The notes beneath the pieces are model-generated. The model was not told where the DNA came from. It was given only the letters and a program-made list of their open reading frames with translations, and did not search any database. Made by a program: the position numbers and the translations under genes. Shown here piece after piece: positions 26,401 through 39,600 of a stretch of 64,000 nucleotides of DNA. Location: NCBI GenBank assembly GCA_002245135.1, contig NGBS01000031.1, positions 1-64,000 of the forward strand, given 5' to 3'. This DNA is from Proteromonas lacertae (taxonomy: Eukaryota). Within the stretch, counting starts at the first letter, position 1. Each line of letters begins with the position of its first letter.

Positions 26401-29400
26401 TGAAAAAGCTACTTATATGTTTGATGAATTAACTAATGTTTGGGTTGAGACATATAATTATACTGAAAGTATATTTACTACTAGAAACTTATACAGTTTT
26501 ATAAATCGTTACAATAATAATAATGATGCTGCAAAATCAAATTGCATTTTATTCTTTGGTGAAATAAATGATTTTACTATACTAATGTCAGTATTAGCAA
26601 TTAACAATATTAATAAGAATAAACAATTTCATATTATTGTAATGAAGAATGCTGATAAAATAAGAACATTAAAAGAATATTACAGTTCAGGATATGAAAT
26701 ATTTGGATTTTATGAACAAGACTATGATACAGAAATCAATAATGTCTTTAAGACAAATATGTATCAGAGAATTACAGCTGATAGTTATATATCTGATTCA
26801 ATGGTTAGATTATATTCATCAATCAAACTGTGGTCATTAGCTATTAATAAATTACCATTAGATACTACCGATAAGGAAGGTAATAAAGTCTCTAGTTTAG
26901 ATTTCAATGAAATGAGAGTGAATCTAAGATCTGTTACATTTGATAGTCCAAGTGGTTTAACGCATTTTGGTGCAAATCAATATTTAGCAAGGATTGGATT
27001 TCTATCACAAATGCAACCAGATGGAAAAGCGAAAGTTATTTATACTACTGAAGTACCTCATGTTCCTGAAGCTTGGCCATTTATTGAAGGAAGATATACA
27101 AAATGTGATTTTGATGATTCAAATGTTGATTCTCAAAAGCAAATGAATACTTATACTATAGCAATTGTATTATCGTTTACAGGTGGTGATAATATAAATG
27201 GCGTGAGATTATATCATAGTTTAGCTGCTGGATTAGATCAAATTAATGAAGATGGTGGTTTATTAGATTATTATTTAACATATCAGTTATATAATGCTAA
27301 TTCGAGTGATGATCAGTATGTTAGTATTATTAATGACATTATTAAAAATACACAAATTATTTATGTATTTGGTGGTAATTTACCTGATACTCTAGAAGTT
27401 ATTGCTCCATTATTTGATAATACAGTAAAAGGATTGTTCTTCTTAGGTAGAGGATATGGAGATAAATGTTATTCAAATGCCATTATTGCTTCTGTCCCAC
27501 CAGAACCTTTAGCAAGAGAAACAATTAGAAGAATGTTGGAACTTTCAACTTCAACCTATTTAGTTTATAACGATGATCCTTATATTCTGTTTTTATTAGA
27601 AAAATTTACTGAATTAATGGAAAACCTACAAATGACATTAAGTGGTAGTAGTAATATAAAAGATGGTAAAAGATGTGTAACAAATATTAAATCTGCTTTA
27701 CCAAATGGTGGTTATATCATTAATATGATAATGGGAGCTGGTCCAATGAAAGAATTTTACAAATATATTGCTGAAGAAGGTATGTATTCTCCTACTTACA
27801 CATTTATTGACATATTTATTGATGTAAATTTGTTAAGAACAATGGATAAGAAATTATTAACTGGACATATATTCTTAGGAACATTCTTTGAAGAATTAAT
27901 TGACTCAAATCTTAATAAAGTTGGAGATATTCCATATATTGGTAAACAGTTTGTACAAAATGTACATATTAGAACTGGTGATTATTATCTAAGTAGTGGA
28001 ATAGAAATACCATATATTCAGACTTTAATATTTAATTCAGTGATAAAGAAATCAAATAGTTTCAATTTTGAGTCATTAATGACTATGTATAATTATCCAA
28101 TTGAAGTACCAAGTTATACAGCTGAAGTGATGGCTAATAATTACGTAGCAAGAATGGAATTTGCTGGAACAGTTCAAGCTGATGGTACAGTAGTTGTTGA
28201 TTGGCATCCTAATGATTATTTTAAAGTTAATCCTTATTATGGTTATAATACTTCAACAGTTGGTTATAAATGTGATTGGGTTGTAGAACAGAAAGAAAAG
28301 GTGTATACTGATCCAATAGTTGTTGGATTTTTACATGAAAGAGATATTGGCGGAGAAACTGAGATTTATAATTCGTTATTACAAGATATGATTATTGATG
28401 AAATTAATAGTGCTGGTGGTGTTGGTGGTAGAACAATAGCTGCTGTTCATTATTGGGTTATTATTAACGATGCTTATAAAACAACAAGAGAAATATTAGA
28501 AGATGGAAAAGTAAATGTAATTATGGGTTGTTTAACTCCTGAATGTAGAAATGAAGTTAATAGATATTTAGATACTCATGATTTCTTATATATTTATCCA
28601 GGAAGAGATGATGGTTACAGTTGTTCAGAGAATACAATTTATACTGGTTTAACTATTAATCAGAAATTAGATCCATTATTTTTGTATTTAAATAAATTAG
28701 GTATTGAATCATTATATGTAGTTGGTTCATTAAGAAACAGTTCTAGAACAGAATATTATCAAATTTCACAATATGCAGAAAAGAATAATTATCCAATTAT
28801 TGGTTCATCATTCTTTACTCCTTTCAGTTCAAGTGCTTTAGATAATTGTGTTGAAGATGTGGTAAAACTATTAGAAACAAATACAAGAGTTGCAGTAGTT
28901 GATCTATTAGTTGCCAAAGAAAATGAGTTGTTTTTAGCTTCGTTTTTAGGTAATAGTGTTATTAAAATGTCAGTAACAATGATTCTTATGAATTATGATC
29001 CATCTGATTTATCTACTGAAACATTGAATAATTTAGAAGGTTCTTATGTTGTTACTTCTTACTATGAAACAATTAAAAACACTCTATCTAATTCACTGAA
29101 ACTGACAAAGACAAAAAGATATCAAAATGCAGTTTCAATATCAGAGATTATAGAGAATAGCTATGATGCTTTATATGTATGGAAAGCTGCTGTAGAATAT
29201 GCAAAAACTCAAACTTCTGATGCATGGCCAACTGCAAATTATGTTAAATTGAGTTTCAAATACGTAACAGTTGATACACCTTCGGGAATGATTACTATTA
29301 AAGATACAAATCATATTATGAAATCTGTTTATATATTCAGAATAACCAATAGAAATTTGAATTTGGTTTATCCAAATCAAGGTATTCAATATCAAGTAGA

Positions 29401-30569
29401 AGCAGAAATGACTTATATTTCTAATGATAAATGTGTTTTTTCTAAATATATTGAATATTATGAATATAATGAAGCTTTAAAATCAGTTACAATTGCTATT
29501 GTAGTTATTGATTTAGTATGTGCAGCTGCAATTGCCTCAATTGTTTACTTTTTTAGACATGCAAAAGTTATTAAAAGTGCCAGTCCTTTATTCTTATATT
29601 ATTCATGTTTTGGTCATATATTATTGTCTTTATCCAGTCTTGTGTATAATTATGAACCAACTAATACAGCAGTTTGTGCATTTAGAATATGGTTTGTCTC
29701 TTTATCATTAGATTTGGTGTTTAGTATTTTATTCTGTAAAGCATGGAGAATTCATAAACTATTTAACAATAAAGAGATGAAGAGAGTCAAAGTGTCAAAC
29801 ACTCAGTTGATTGAAATGATTGGTATTATATTAGGTTTCCAAGCCATTTATTTAATGATATGGCAATTGGTAATGCCATCTGAACCAACGTTGACATATA
29901 ATAATGGTTATAGTACTTTCTTAAAAGATGTATATGTTAGAGAATGTTCATCAGCTACTGTTTTTATGTATATAATAATATTATTATTATTATTATTTAT
30001 ATAGTGTAATTGAATTGATTGCTATATTTGCTTTATTCTTATTTGGAGCAAAAATGGCATGGAGTGTTAGAAATGCTTCTGCAGAGTTTAATGAATCTAT
30101 GTCTTTAATGTCAACAATTGGTTTTATAAGTATATATATATATTATTATTATTATTTAAATATAGTTATTCTTGGTATTTTGGAAGTTCCATTAAATTAT
30201 CTTTTAGCTTCAGAGCCAAGTACATTAATGATATTAAGAACATTTGGAATATCAATTGGAGCATTTGCTGTATTAGTTATTCAATTTTCACCAAAATTGA
30301 TTTATTTATATGAGAATGAAATGTCAACTACATTTGGCTCTTCTACAGAGAATAGTAATTCAAATAATAGAAGTAAAGCGTTAAGAAGAGCTGCATCAAG
30401 AGGAAATTTCTCAGTTAAACCAGATTTATTGAAATATGGAGGAATGGCTTTAAGTACAATATCTCATCCTGATAAATTCTATGAAAGAAATCCAATTAAC
30501 TCTTGCTCAACTTCTAGAAAAACTACAAATGGTAATAAATCAAGTTCAAGAAGTTCTGCAAGAGTATAG
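18621..30569 (+). CDS. Class C (GABA-B/Grl-like) GPCR with nine tandem UrtA/AmiC-like periplasmic-binding domains, ~3,850 aa
   Basis: Signal peptide MLLFVVFLLSLTIPTHS. Ten introns (19009-19039, 19957-19998, 20168-20203, 20278-20314, 20413-20464, 20757-20785, 21652-21693, 22729-22780, 29968-30004, 30130-30165) join the ORFs in frame; two +1 breaks remain (~23475, ~25152). Repeated type-I PBP motifs (IN..GGI.G; GC.....R; FY.G...G..CS.N..Y). 7TM region ~29480-30310 with class C motifs VIKSASPLF, CAFRIWF, KAWRIHKLF, AWSVRNA..EFNES, FSPK; Ser-rich cytosolic tail. Confidence 0.88.
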
Positions 30570-30574
30570 TTACT

Positions 30575-30582
30575 TGTTTGTT
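30575..30582 (+). terminator. TGTTTGTT downstream polyadenylation element (Blastocystis-type)
   Basis: Exact TGTTTGTT lies 5 nt after the TAG (30567-30569) of the GPCR gene, matching the motif known just downstream of Blastocystis poly(A) sites. Confidence 0.6.
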
Positions 30583-30698
30583 ATTATTATTATTATTAAA
30601 AATATTATGATTGATTGTATGAATTTTGGGATTGAATTATTTTAATCAAAATAACAAATACAAGTATAAAACGACTAAATATTTAATTATACTGTTAA

Positions 30699-33600
30699 TT
30701 AAATTATTTCAGGATGTGAATCTTCATAAGATGGAATATATGTATAAGGAGGGAATAAATTACCATTTTCTACAGGTTCTGGGGCTGGCTCAGTTGATTC
30801 AGAAATCATTATCTTTTGTTGAGTTATAATTGAAACAGGTGAGCATTCCATATAAGAATAGGATGAATTGTTCTTTGTTTTGATTTTATCTTTCAGTTTA
30901 TTCTTTTCATTTTGTAATTTCAGTAACTTCGATTTTAATTTCTCAATCACCATATTCTGTTTGTTGATTATATCTTCATCATTTTCGTGTAAATCACTAT
31001 GATCATTTATTGTCCTGTTTATTGTTTTAGTTATTTCTTCAATTTCAACTTTATGTTCTTGTTTTAATATTGTTATTTCATTCATTATTTCTTTATTCTT
31101 TTCTTGATTTAGATTAATATCATTCAGATATTGTTGATTCTGATTTTTCAGGTCATTTATCATTTTATTAAGTTTTTCAATTTCATCGTTCTTATTTTCT
31201 ATTTCTTTATTCAATTTTGATATAGTTTTAAGCATTTCTTTTTGCGATTTTTCATTCACTGTTTTTATCTCATTCACCATATTTTGTAAATTTTTATTCT
31301 CCATTTGTATTTTGTTCAATACATCTTCATCCATATTCACATTTGTACTTTCTTCTACCTTCATAACTTTCTTCTCTTTCTTTTCTTTTACCATTTGTTC
31401 TTTTTCATCTTTTAATTCTTTTATTCTATTTTCTTTCTCTCTTATTAATTCATTAAATTCATTTCTCACTTTATCTATCTCATTCTCTTTCTCATTTGAT
31501 TCTTTCTTCATTTTCTCTATTCTTTCTTTCAATCCACTAATTTTTCTGTTCTTTTGAACAATTTCATTATTCTGATTCTCTTGTGATACTTTTAATGAGT
31601 TTATTTGAGTCTTTAATGATTTATTCTCTTTCTTCAAGTTCTCTATTTCTGATTTATTATTCTTTATTAACTCTTTGTATTTGTCATTATTCTTTTTATT
31701 CTTCAAAGAATCTTCATTCAATTCATTTATTCTCTCTTTTAATGTATTTAATTCTTCATTATTCTTTTCAATATTACTTTCTAATACACCATTCAACTTT
31801 GTTAAATTACTGTTATTCACTTTCAACTGTTCATTTTCTTTCTTTAAAACATCATTATGTTGTGATAAATCAGATGATTGTATTGTGATAATTTCATTAG
31901 TGCATATTGATTTCATATTCTTATTATTCTGTTTCATCTTACATTCCTGTTGTTGTTTTGACAAATTTTCTAACTCTATTTGATCGTCATTTACTTTTTG
32001 AGTTAGTAATTGATTAATTTGTTTTATTCTATTATACTCATTCATTATTTGCTCTTTTTCATTTTCTAATTTCGATATATTATCTTCATATTCATGTTTT
32101 AAAGAAAATTCATTTTCTTTTCTCTGTTTCTCAATACTATCATAACTCTGTTTCAATAATTTCAATTCATCACACTCTTTTCTTAATTTTTCTTTTTCTT
32201 TATTTAGAGAATTGATCTTCACTTCATTATCACTTAGTTTGCTTAATAAACGATTATTTTCACATTTTAATGTTTCTAATACAGAATCATTACCATTATT
32301 ATTATTATTTCTCTTTTCACTTTCTTCTAACAACAATTTCAAATTTTCTATTTCTTTATTTAATTCTATTTTTTCTTCTTCCAATGAATTGATTAATTCT
32401 TTATTAGATTGATTATCATTTACCAAGCTTTCATTCTCTTTTGATATTTCATTTAATTCATTAATTGTTACATCATACTGATCTTCTAGATTTTTTATTT
32501 GATTATTTAATTGTTCAATCTTATTCTTAAGATTATCATTTGATATTTGATATTCATTTAATTGCTTTTCCATATCCTCATTTTGAGTTTGTAAGACTTG
32601 ATTATTATTGTTGAAAATATTTACTGTCTTTTCCATTTTCTTATTCTCATTCAATAATAATCCATAATCATTTTTCATTTTATTATTATCATCTTCTAGT
32701 TTATTGATAGTTATCTTTAATTCTACTATTTCATCTTGATTATTATTGATACACTGTTGAAGCTTTCCAATTTCTATATCTTTATCATTTTCTTTCAGTA
32801 TTTGAGATTTTAGAGTTGTATTTTCTATATTTAATCTATTAATTTCATTTTCAAGTTTTGCCACAGCAATTGTCTTATTATCATCTATTGATTCTAATTC
32901 ATTTATTTTCATATTTAATTCTTCTATCATTTCCTTATCTTTATTATCTTCATTATTACCATCATTAACATTATTGTTACTATTATCGTCGTAATTACTC
33001 TTCTTCATTTCTTCTATTATAATCTTCATTGACTCATTCATCTCTTTCAATTTGTTATTCTCTTTTTCTATCATCAAATAACGATTCTCAATATCACTAC
33101 TATTTGTATCTATTTCCTTTAACTGTGAAAGTAAATTCATCTTTTCTTCTTTCATTTCATTATTCTCATTCATTATATTCTCCAATTTCTTAGCTAATTT
33201 TGAGTTTTCTGAATTTAATGCTTTTACTGCTTCAGATAAATCTCCAATTTTCTTATTATAGTTTGAATTAGACATACTCTTCTCAGAAACAGATGTTTCT
33301 AATTTCTTATTTTCATCATTCAATTCTTTGATTTTCTTCTTCAATTCATTACTCTGCGATTTACTCTGATTTAATTCCATTTTCATATTATTCAATTGCG
33401 TTGATAATTCTTTAGCTTTTTCTACTTTACTTTCTGATTCTTTAATTTGTTTTGTAAGATCTTTAATTCTTTTATCTTTTTCATTAATATCTTTCTGATT
33501 GTCTTTAATATCTACTTTAAGATTTAATAGTTTGTATTTCAATTCTTCTACTTTATTATTCAAATTTTCATTCTCTTTCTTCATATAATTCACCTCTTCC

Positions 33601-36600
33601 TCATTAACTTGTTTAACATTTTTCATTCTTTCTATTTGTTCTTCCTTCTCTTTCTTCAGCCTTTCTATCTCTTCTTTTAATTGTTTTATCTGATTTTTAT
33701 AATCAGAATTATACTTCTTTTCTTTTTCCATTTCTCTCTTCAACATATCATATTGTTCTTTCATTTCCTTCATTTCTTTTATGTATTTCACACTTGTGTT
33801 TTGCCAATAATGAGTATCGCTTTCTGATTCACTAAATGAAGTTTGTAAACCATTTATCATTGATATACTTGTAGATAATTGTTGTTCATAATTATCTAAT
33901 TTACATTGACTGTCATTCAACTGCATTGTCATTTCTTGCAATTGTTTATTATAATTATCAATTAACTTTTGTTTTTGTTTATCACTTTCTTTTGCACTAT
34001 TTTCTTTTTCTACTTTTAATTCATTCAATTCATTCTCAAATTTGTTCTTCATCTCAATCATATCTTTATTAAATTTCAATTCATTATCTTGTTTTTCTGA
34101 TTGTAATGATAAAAACTGGTTATTAAGATTTAATAATCTCTTTTCTTTCTCATCATTATTCAATTTTAATCCTTTCAATTCATTTTCTATATCATTCATT
34201 TCAAGTTGTAGTTTACCATTCTCTTCTTTCAATAACTTAACTTTATCTTCATTCTCTGTATTTATATTATCTAATTGTATTTTCATTTCTTCTATTTTTC
34301 TTTGATTATCACTTTTCTCTTTTATTAATTGTGTCTGAACATCATTTCTTTCTTTCTGTAATTCCAACAATTGTTTATTATTATTCTCCATTACTTTAGC
34401 CAATTCTTTTTGATAATCAGTTAATTTGTTTAATGACTCATTATGCAATTGGCTAATATTCTTTTGATTCTGTTCAATTAAATCATTCTTTTCTTTGATT
34501 AGTGAAGTTATTTTATCTTCCAATTCAGAGAATTGTTTCTTATATTCTTCATGTAATTTGGAGTAATTATCTTCATACTGTTGTAGTTGATTCTTTTTCT
34601 CTTCTTTTGATAGTTTCAACTGTTTTTGAAGTTCATTTACCTTATTTTCTAATGATTCAGTTTCTTCTTTATATTGTAATTCTATAATGTTTAATTTTTC
34701 ATTATTCTCTTCATTCTGTTTCTTTATATCATTCTCTAATCTCTCTATAGTATCATTTTTCTTTTCTGTTATTTTCTTTTCTTCACTATTATTTTGTTTC
34801 ATCTTTTCATTTTCTTCTTTTAATTTATTCAAAATATTCTCATAATCTTCTTTTATGGATTTAACAGAATTTTTATTTTCTTGTTTCATTTTTTCTATCT
34901 CATTTTCTAATTTTTCAACTTCTTCTTGTTTTTCTTTTATCTTTTCTTCATTATCCTTAATTAAATAATCAATTTTATCATCATATTTCATTTTCAATTC
35001 TTCAATCTCTTTGGATTTCAGCATTTCCATATTCTCTTTCTCTTTAATGAAACTATGAATTGAATTATTAAAGTTTTCTATTGTTTTATTCTTATCTTCT
35101 ACCTCTTTGATTAGCTTGTCATTATGTTGATGTAATGTTCGATATTTATCCTGTATTTTCTTCAATAATTGATCATATTTGGTTATTTTATTGTCATTTT
35201 CCTTTCTTATCTTCTCCAAATTAGATGTCAATTCGATTGTATCATTTTGAAGTTTCATCATTTGTGACTTTAATATCTTCTTTTCATTATCGTTTTCTTC
35301 TATTTCTTCTTTCAAATTCTTATTCATTTTCTTTAGCTTATTATTCAAGCTTTCTAACTTTTCTTCTTCATTTTCCAATTCCTTTATTTTTCTCTTTAAA
35401 TCATTATTTATATTCTCTAATTCACTATTTGTTGAAATTAATTTCATATTATTATTCTCTAAATCTTTTCTTGTTTCTTCAGTTTCATTTAATACATTTT
35501 CCATGTCTTTTTTCATTCTTTGTTTTTCATCAATTAATTCATTTATCTTATTACGTAATTCTTCATTCTCTTTTTCTTCTTCCTCAAATGATTTCTGTAA
35601 TGCCAATGAACTTGGTTGATTAACTAAATCTTCTAATTGTGATTGATAACTTTTCTGTAATTCTTCTAGTTTTGAATGTAAATCATTTATCATTTTGTTC
35701 TCTTTTAATATTTCACTACAATTTGATTCATTTTCCATTTCAATTTCAGCTTTTTCTTTCATCAACTTCTTTGTTTGCTTTTTCAATTCTTTTATTTCAC
35801 TATCTTGTTTTGTGATTATTTGTATTTGAGTATTGTAATTCTTTTCTAATGTATTATTATCATTTTCCAATTTCATCATTTTTGTTTGTAATTTACATAA
35901 TTCTTCATTCTTTTCATTTTCCAACAAATTCAACTGTGACAAATACTGATTTTTATTCATATCATTTTCTTCTGATTTTCTGTTGTATTGATTCATTAGA
36001 TCATTATATTGATTCTTCAATCTATCTAATTCATTCTCTACTACCTCCTTATTAGCTTTTAATGTTTCAATTGTATTAGAATTTATCTCCAACATTGTCT
36101 TTGAATCATCTTCCAATTCTTTGTAATTACTCATCAAATCACTATAATTGCCTTGTAAATTATCATATTTATTCTGTAGACTATCTAAATGAAGTTGAAT
36201 TGTTCCTAACTTATCACTAGAATCATCATTCTTTACTGTTCTTTTACTAGTTGAGAGATTTGTTTGTAAATCATTAATATCACTTTGTAACTGCAAATTG
36301 TCTTTAATCAGCTGTTTAATCTTTTCTTTTGTCTTTTTATTGGTTAGATTGTCATTCTTTTGTTGTTCTTTTAACTTCTTAAATTTATCTAATAATCTGT
36401 TATATTCATTTTGGGTTTGATTTGTTAAATCAGCAATTTCTTTTTGATATTCATCTATTTCTGTTTTGGATTTTTCTAAGTTATTTCTATTTCTTTCTTC
36501 TAATTGCTTTACTTTATCTTCTAAATCATCCAACTTCTTGGTATAAAACTCATTTTCATTTGTTAAACTATTCGATTTCATTTTCAAGCCATTTATTTCT

Positions 36601-39600
36601 TCTTTCATATTATCATTGTCACTTTTCATTGCTTTAACCAAGTCTTTATATTCTTTTTTCTTCTCATCAATTGCTTCAATTTGAGATTTTAAATCATTAT
36701 TTTCATTCTGTAACATGTCTTTTTCAGATTGTAAAGTATAACTATGATATTTCAATTCCATTACTTCTTTTTCTTTGTCATTCAGTTTACTTTCCAAATC
36801 ATTTTTTACTTTTTCTAAATTCACTATTCTTTCATTCAATTGATTTCTATTTTCGTTTAGATCATTCGTTGATGATTCTAATTTTCTTAACTTGTTTTGA
36901 CTCAACAAATTTGTTCTATTTAATTCCTTTACATTTTCAGCAAGAGAATCATTCTTTGATATTAACTGTTGTCTTTTATTCTCTATTTCTTTATTTTCAT
37001 TCTTTAAATTATCAATTTCACATAACAATCTTTCTTTCTCTTCTTTCAATTCTTTATTATTTGAATCAGTTTCAATGTTTTCTGTCTCTAAATTCTCCAA
37101 TTGTGATTGCAATTCTTTCATTTCATTCTGTAAACTATCATTATGGGATGTAACTTCTAAGTATTGTGATTCTAATGTTGATAGTTTATCATTTATCTTA
37201 GTTTTTTCTTTCTCTAGTTTATTTTTCATATTCTCTAATTCTTGATAATTGTTCAATATTCCAGAATGTTTCATTTCCAACTGTTTTAAATTACTTTCTA
37301 ATTTCACTATCTCATCGTTTAATATTTGTTTCTTCTCTTCTAAATCTCTAATTGTATTTTGATATGATTGATTCTTGTTTGTGATATTCTTAAATTGACT
37401 TATTAAATTGTCATTTTCATTTTCTAAATCATTTAATCTTTTCAAAATATCATTCTTTTCTCTTTCTAATATATTCACTTTTTCAATCAAATCAAGTTTA
37501 TTATTAACATCTAAATAATCAGATGATGATGTTTCAACTGGTATTGTAATTGTATTAAAATCAATTCTTTTTATTTCTATCTTTTCCAAATTATTCATCT
37601 TTTCTTCTTCCTTATTCTCCTTCTTTTTCTTATCATTATTTATTTTTCCATTTTTCTTACTACTTTCTTTATTATCATCATCTTTATCACTATCATCACT
37701 ACTACTACCACTTCCACTATCTCCACTATCTGGAGATTTTGCAGCTGTTCTACCAAGAATTGATCTTCTGATTGGCTTTTGAATGGATTGTGGTATTTCT
37801 TTAGGTTCTGTAATAGAAATTGATTTTAAAAATGTAATATTCAGACTTTTAAGATTATCTGTAGTAGATATTGGAGTTTTTGACAATTTCAGTTCATCAT
37901 TCTCTTTCTTTAATTGAATGAGATTATTATTAATTTCTACCAACTCTTTTTCTTTTTTATCCAATTGATTTTGCACATTTTCATACATTGTCTTATAATC
38001 ATATCTATCTTCTGTTTCATAATCTGAGTCTGGTAAAAGTGATGATTCTACAGATTGATCATAGTCTTCACTCATTGTGGACAATGAAGAAGAATCAAAT
38101 GTCATTCTTCTAAACGGAGATCTTGGAGTTTTGATGATTATTTTATCTTTATTATTCTCTTTTTCAGCTAATAACAGTTGGTTGTATTTCTGCTGTAATT
38201 CACATAATTGTTGTTCTTTATTATCTAATCTATCTTGTAATTCTTCTGATGTTGTTTTATTAATATCACTTAGATCACTTATTTCTTCATTTTTATTGAA
38301 TGATATTATATCCATTGAATATGTATCTAAAGATTCGCTACACTTCACTTTCTGTTTCAATAACTTCTCATTTTCCATTTTCATTCTATCATATTGACTG
38401 TGTAGATCTAATAACTTCTTTTCCTTCTCGTCTAATTTCATTTGTAGTTTCTCAATATTCTCATTATTAGAATCATTAACAGCATTAATACTAATTTCTT
38501 CATTTTGTTGTTGATGTTTTTGTTCTTGTTTTAATTCTTCATATTTCTTGTTCATTTCAATAAACTCCTTTTCTTTTGAATCTAGTTTGCTTCTCAAATC
38601 TTTAACAGTAATAACTGAATCACTATTATCTTCATTAATTTCATTATTATCTACAATAAATGTAATTGTTTCTTGTGGAATAACATTCAATTCAATAGAA
38701 TCATTCATTCTATTATCTTTATTATCCTTCTTTGATTTTTTCATTCCAATATAACCATTTTCATTATCAGAATTGTCTCTTGATGAATTATCAGAAGAAG
38801 ATAAAGAAGATGAAGATGGTGATCTTGGTGAATAAACTTTCACTTTCAAATCATTTCTTACTATTTCAATAGATTTATCATCTTCTCTAACTACATTTGG
38901 TTCTTCTAAAGATGATATTAGTGTGTAATTCATTAATTCTAATTGATTGGCTTTTGTAATTTTTGATTCTAATAATCTGATTATTTTCATTTGACTCACA
39001 TTATCTTTATATTGTAAAGCATTTTGATTTTCTAAACTCTTTAATCTATTTTCTAATTCACTATTTTTGAATTTCTTTTCTTTTTCTAATCCTTCAATTT
39101 GTTTCTTCAATCTATCTATTTCTTTTTCATAATTACTCTTTGTTTTTGCTAATTCCTTCTTTAATGGTGAATAATCTGATTTGATTAATTTGTACTTGTT
39201 TGTTACATCTGATAGAGATGATTGTAGTTTTTGATTTTCACTAATTCTTGAGGTTATTTCTGATTCTAATTCCTTATTGTTTTCCTCTAATTCATTTATT
39301 CTATTTTCATTCTCTTCAATAATTCCCTTCAGTTTTGTTATTTCTATTTTTGAATTATTATCATTTTCTTTCAATTTGTTTTCTAATTCAATCTTTGATT
39401 TTTTCAAATCACTTACTACAACATTCAATTTTTGTATCTTATTTAATAAATCTTCTTTGTTTCTATCATAAAGTTCTTTTTCTTTTGTTAATTTACTCAA
39501 TTGTTTATTATTATCACCAAATTGTGTATTTAAGCCTTCATTTTCTTCAGATAATTGATTGATTGCTGATTCTAATGTTTTTACTTTCATTTCAAGTTCA

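Noticed and set aside
18621..29450. Bacterial contamination or ABC-transporter operon
   Set aside because: The PBP-like domains are interrupted by spliceosomal introns, fused to a eukaryotic 7TM and match the flanking base composition.
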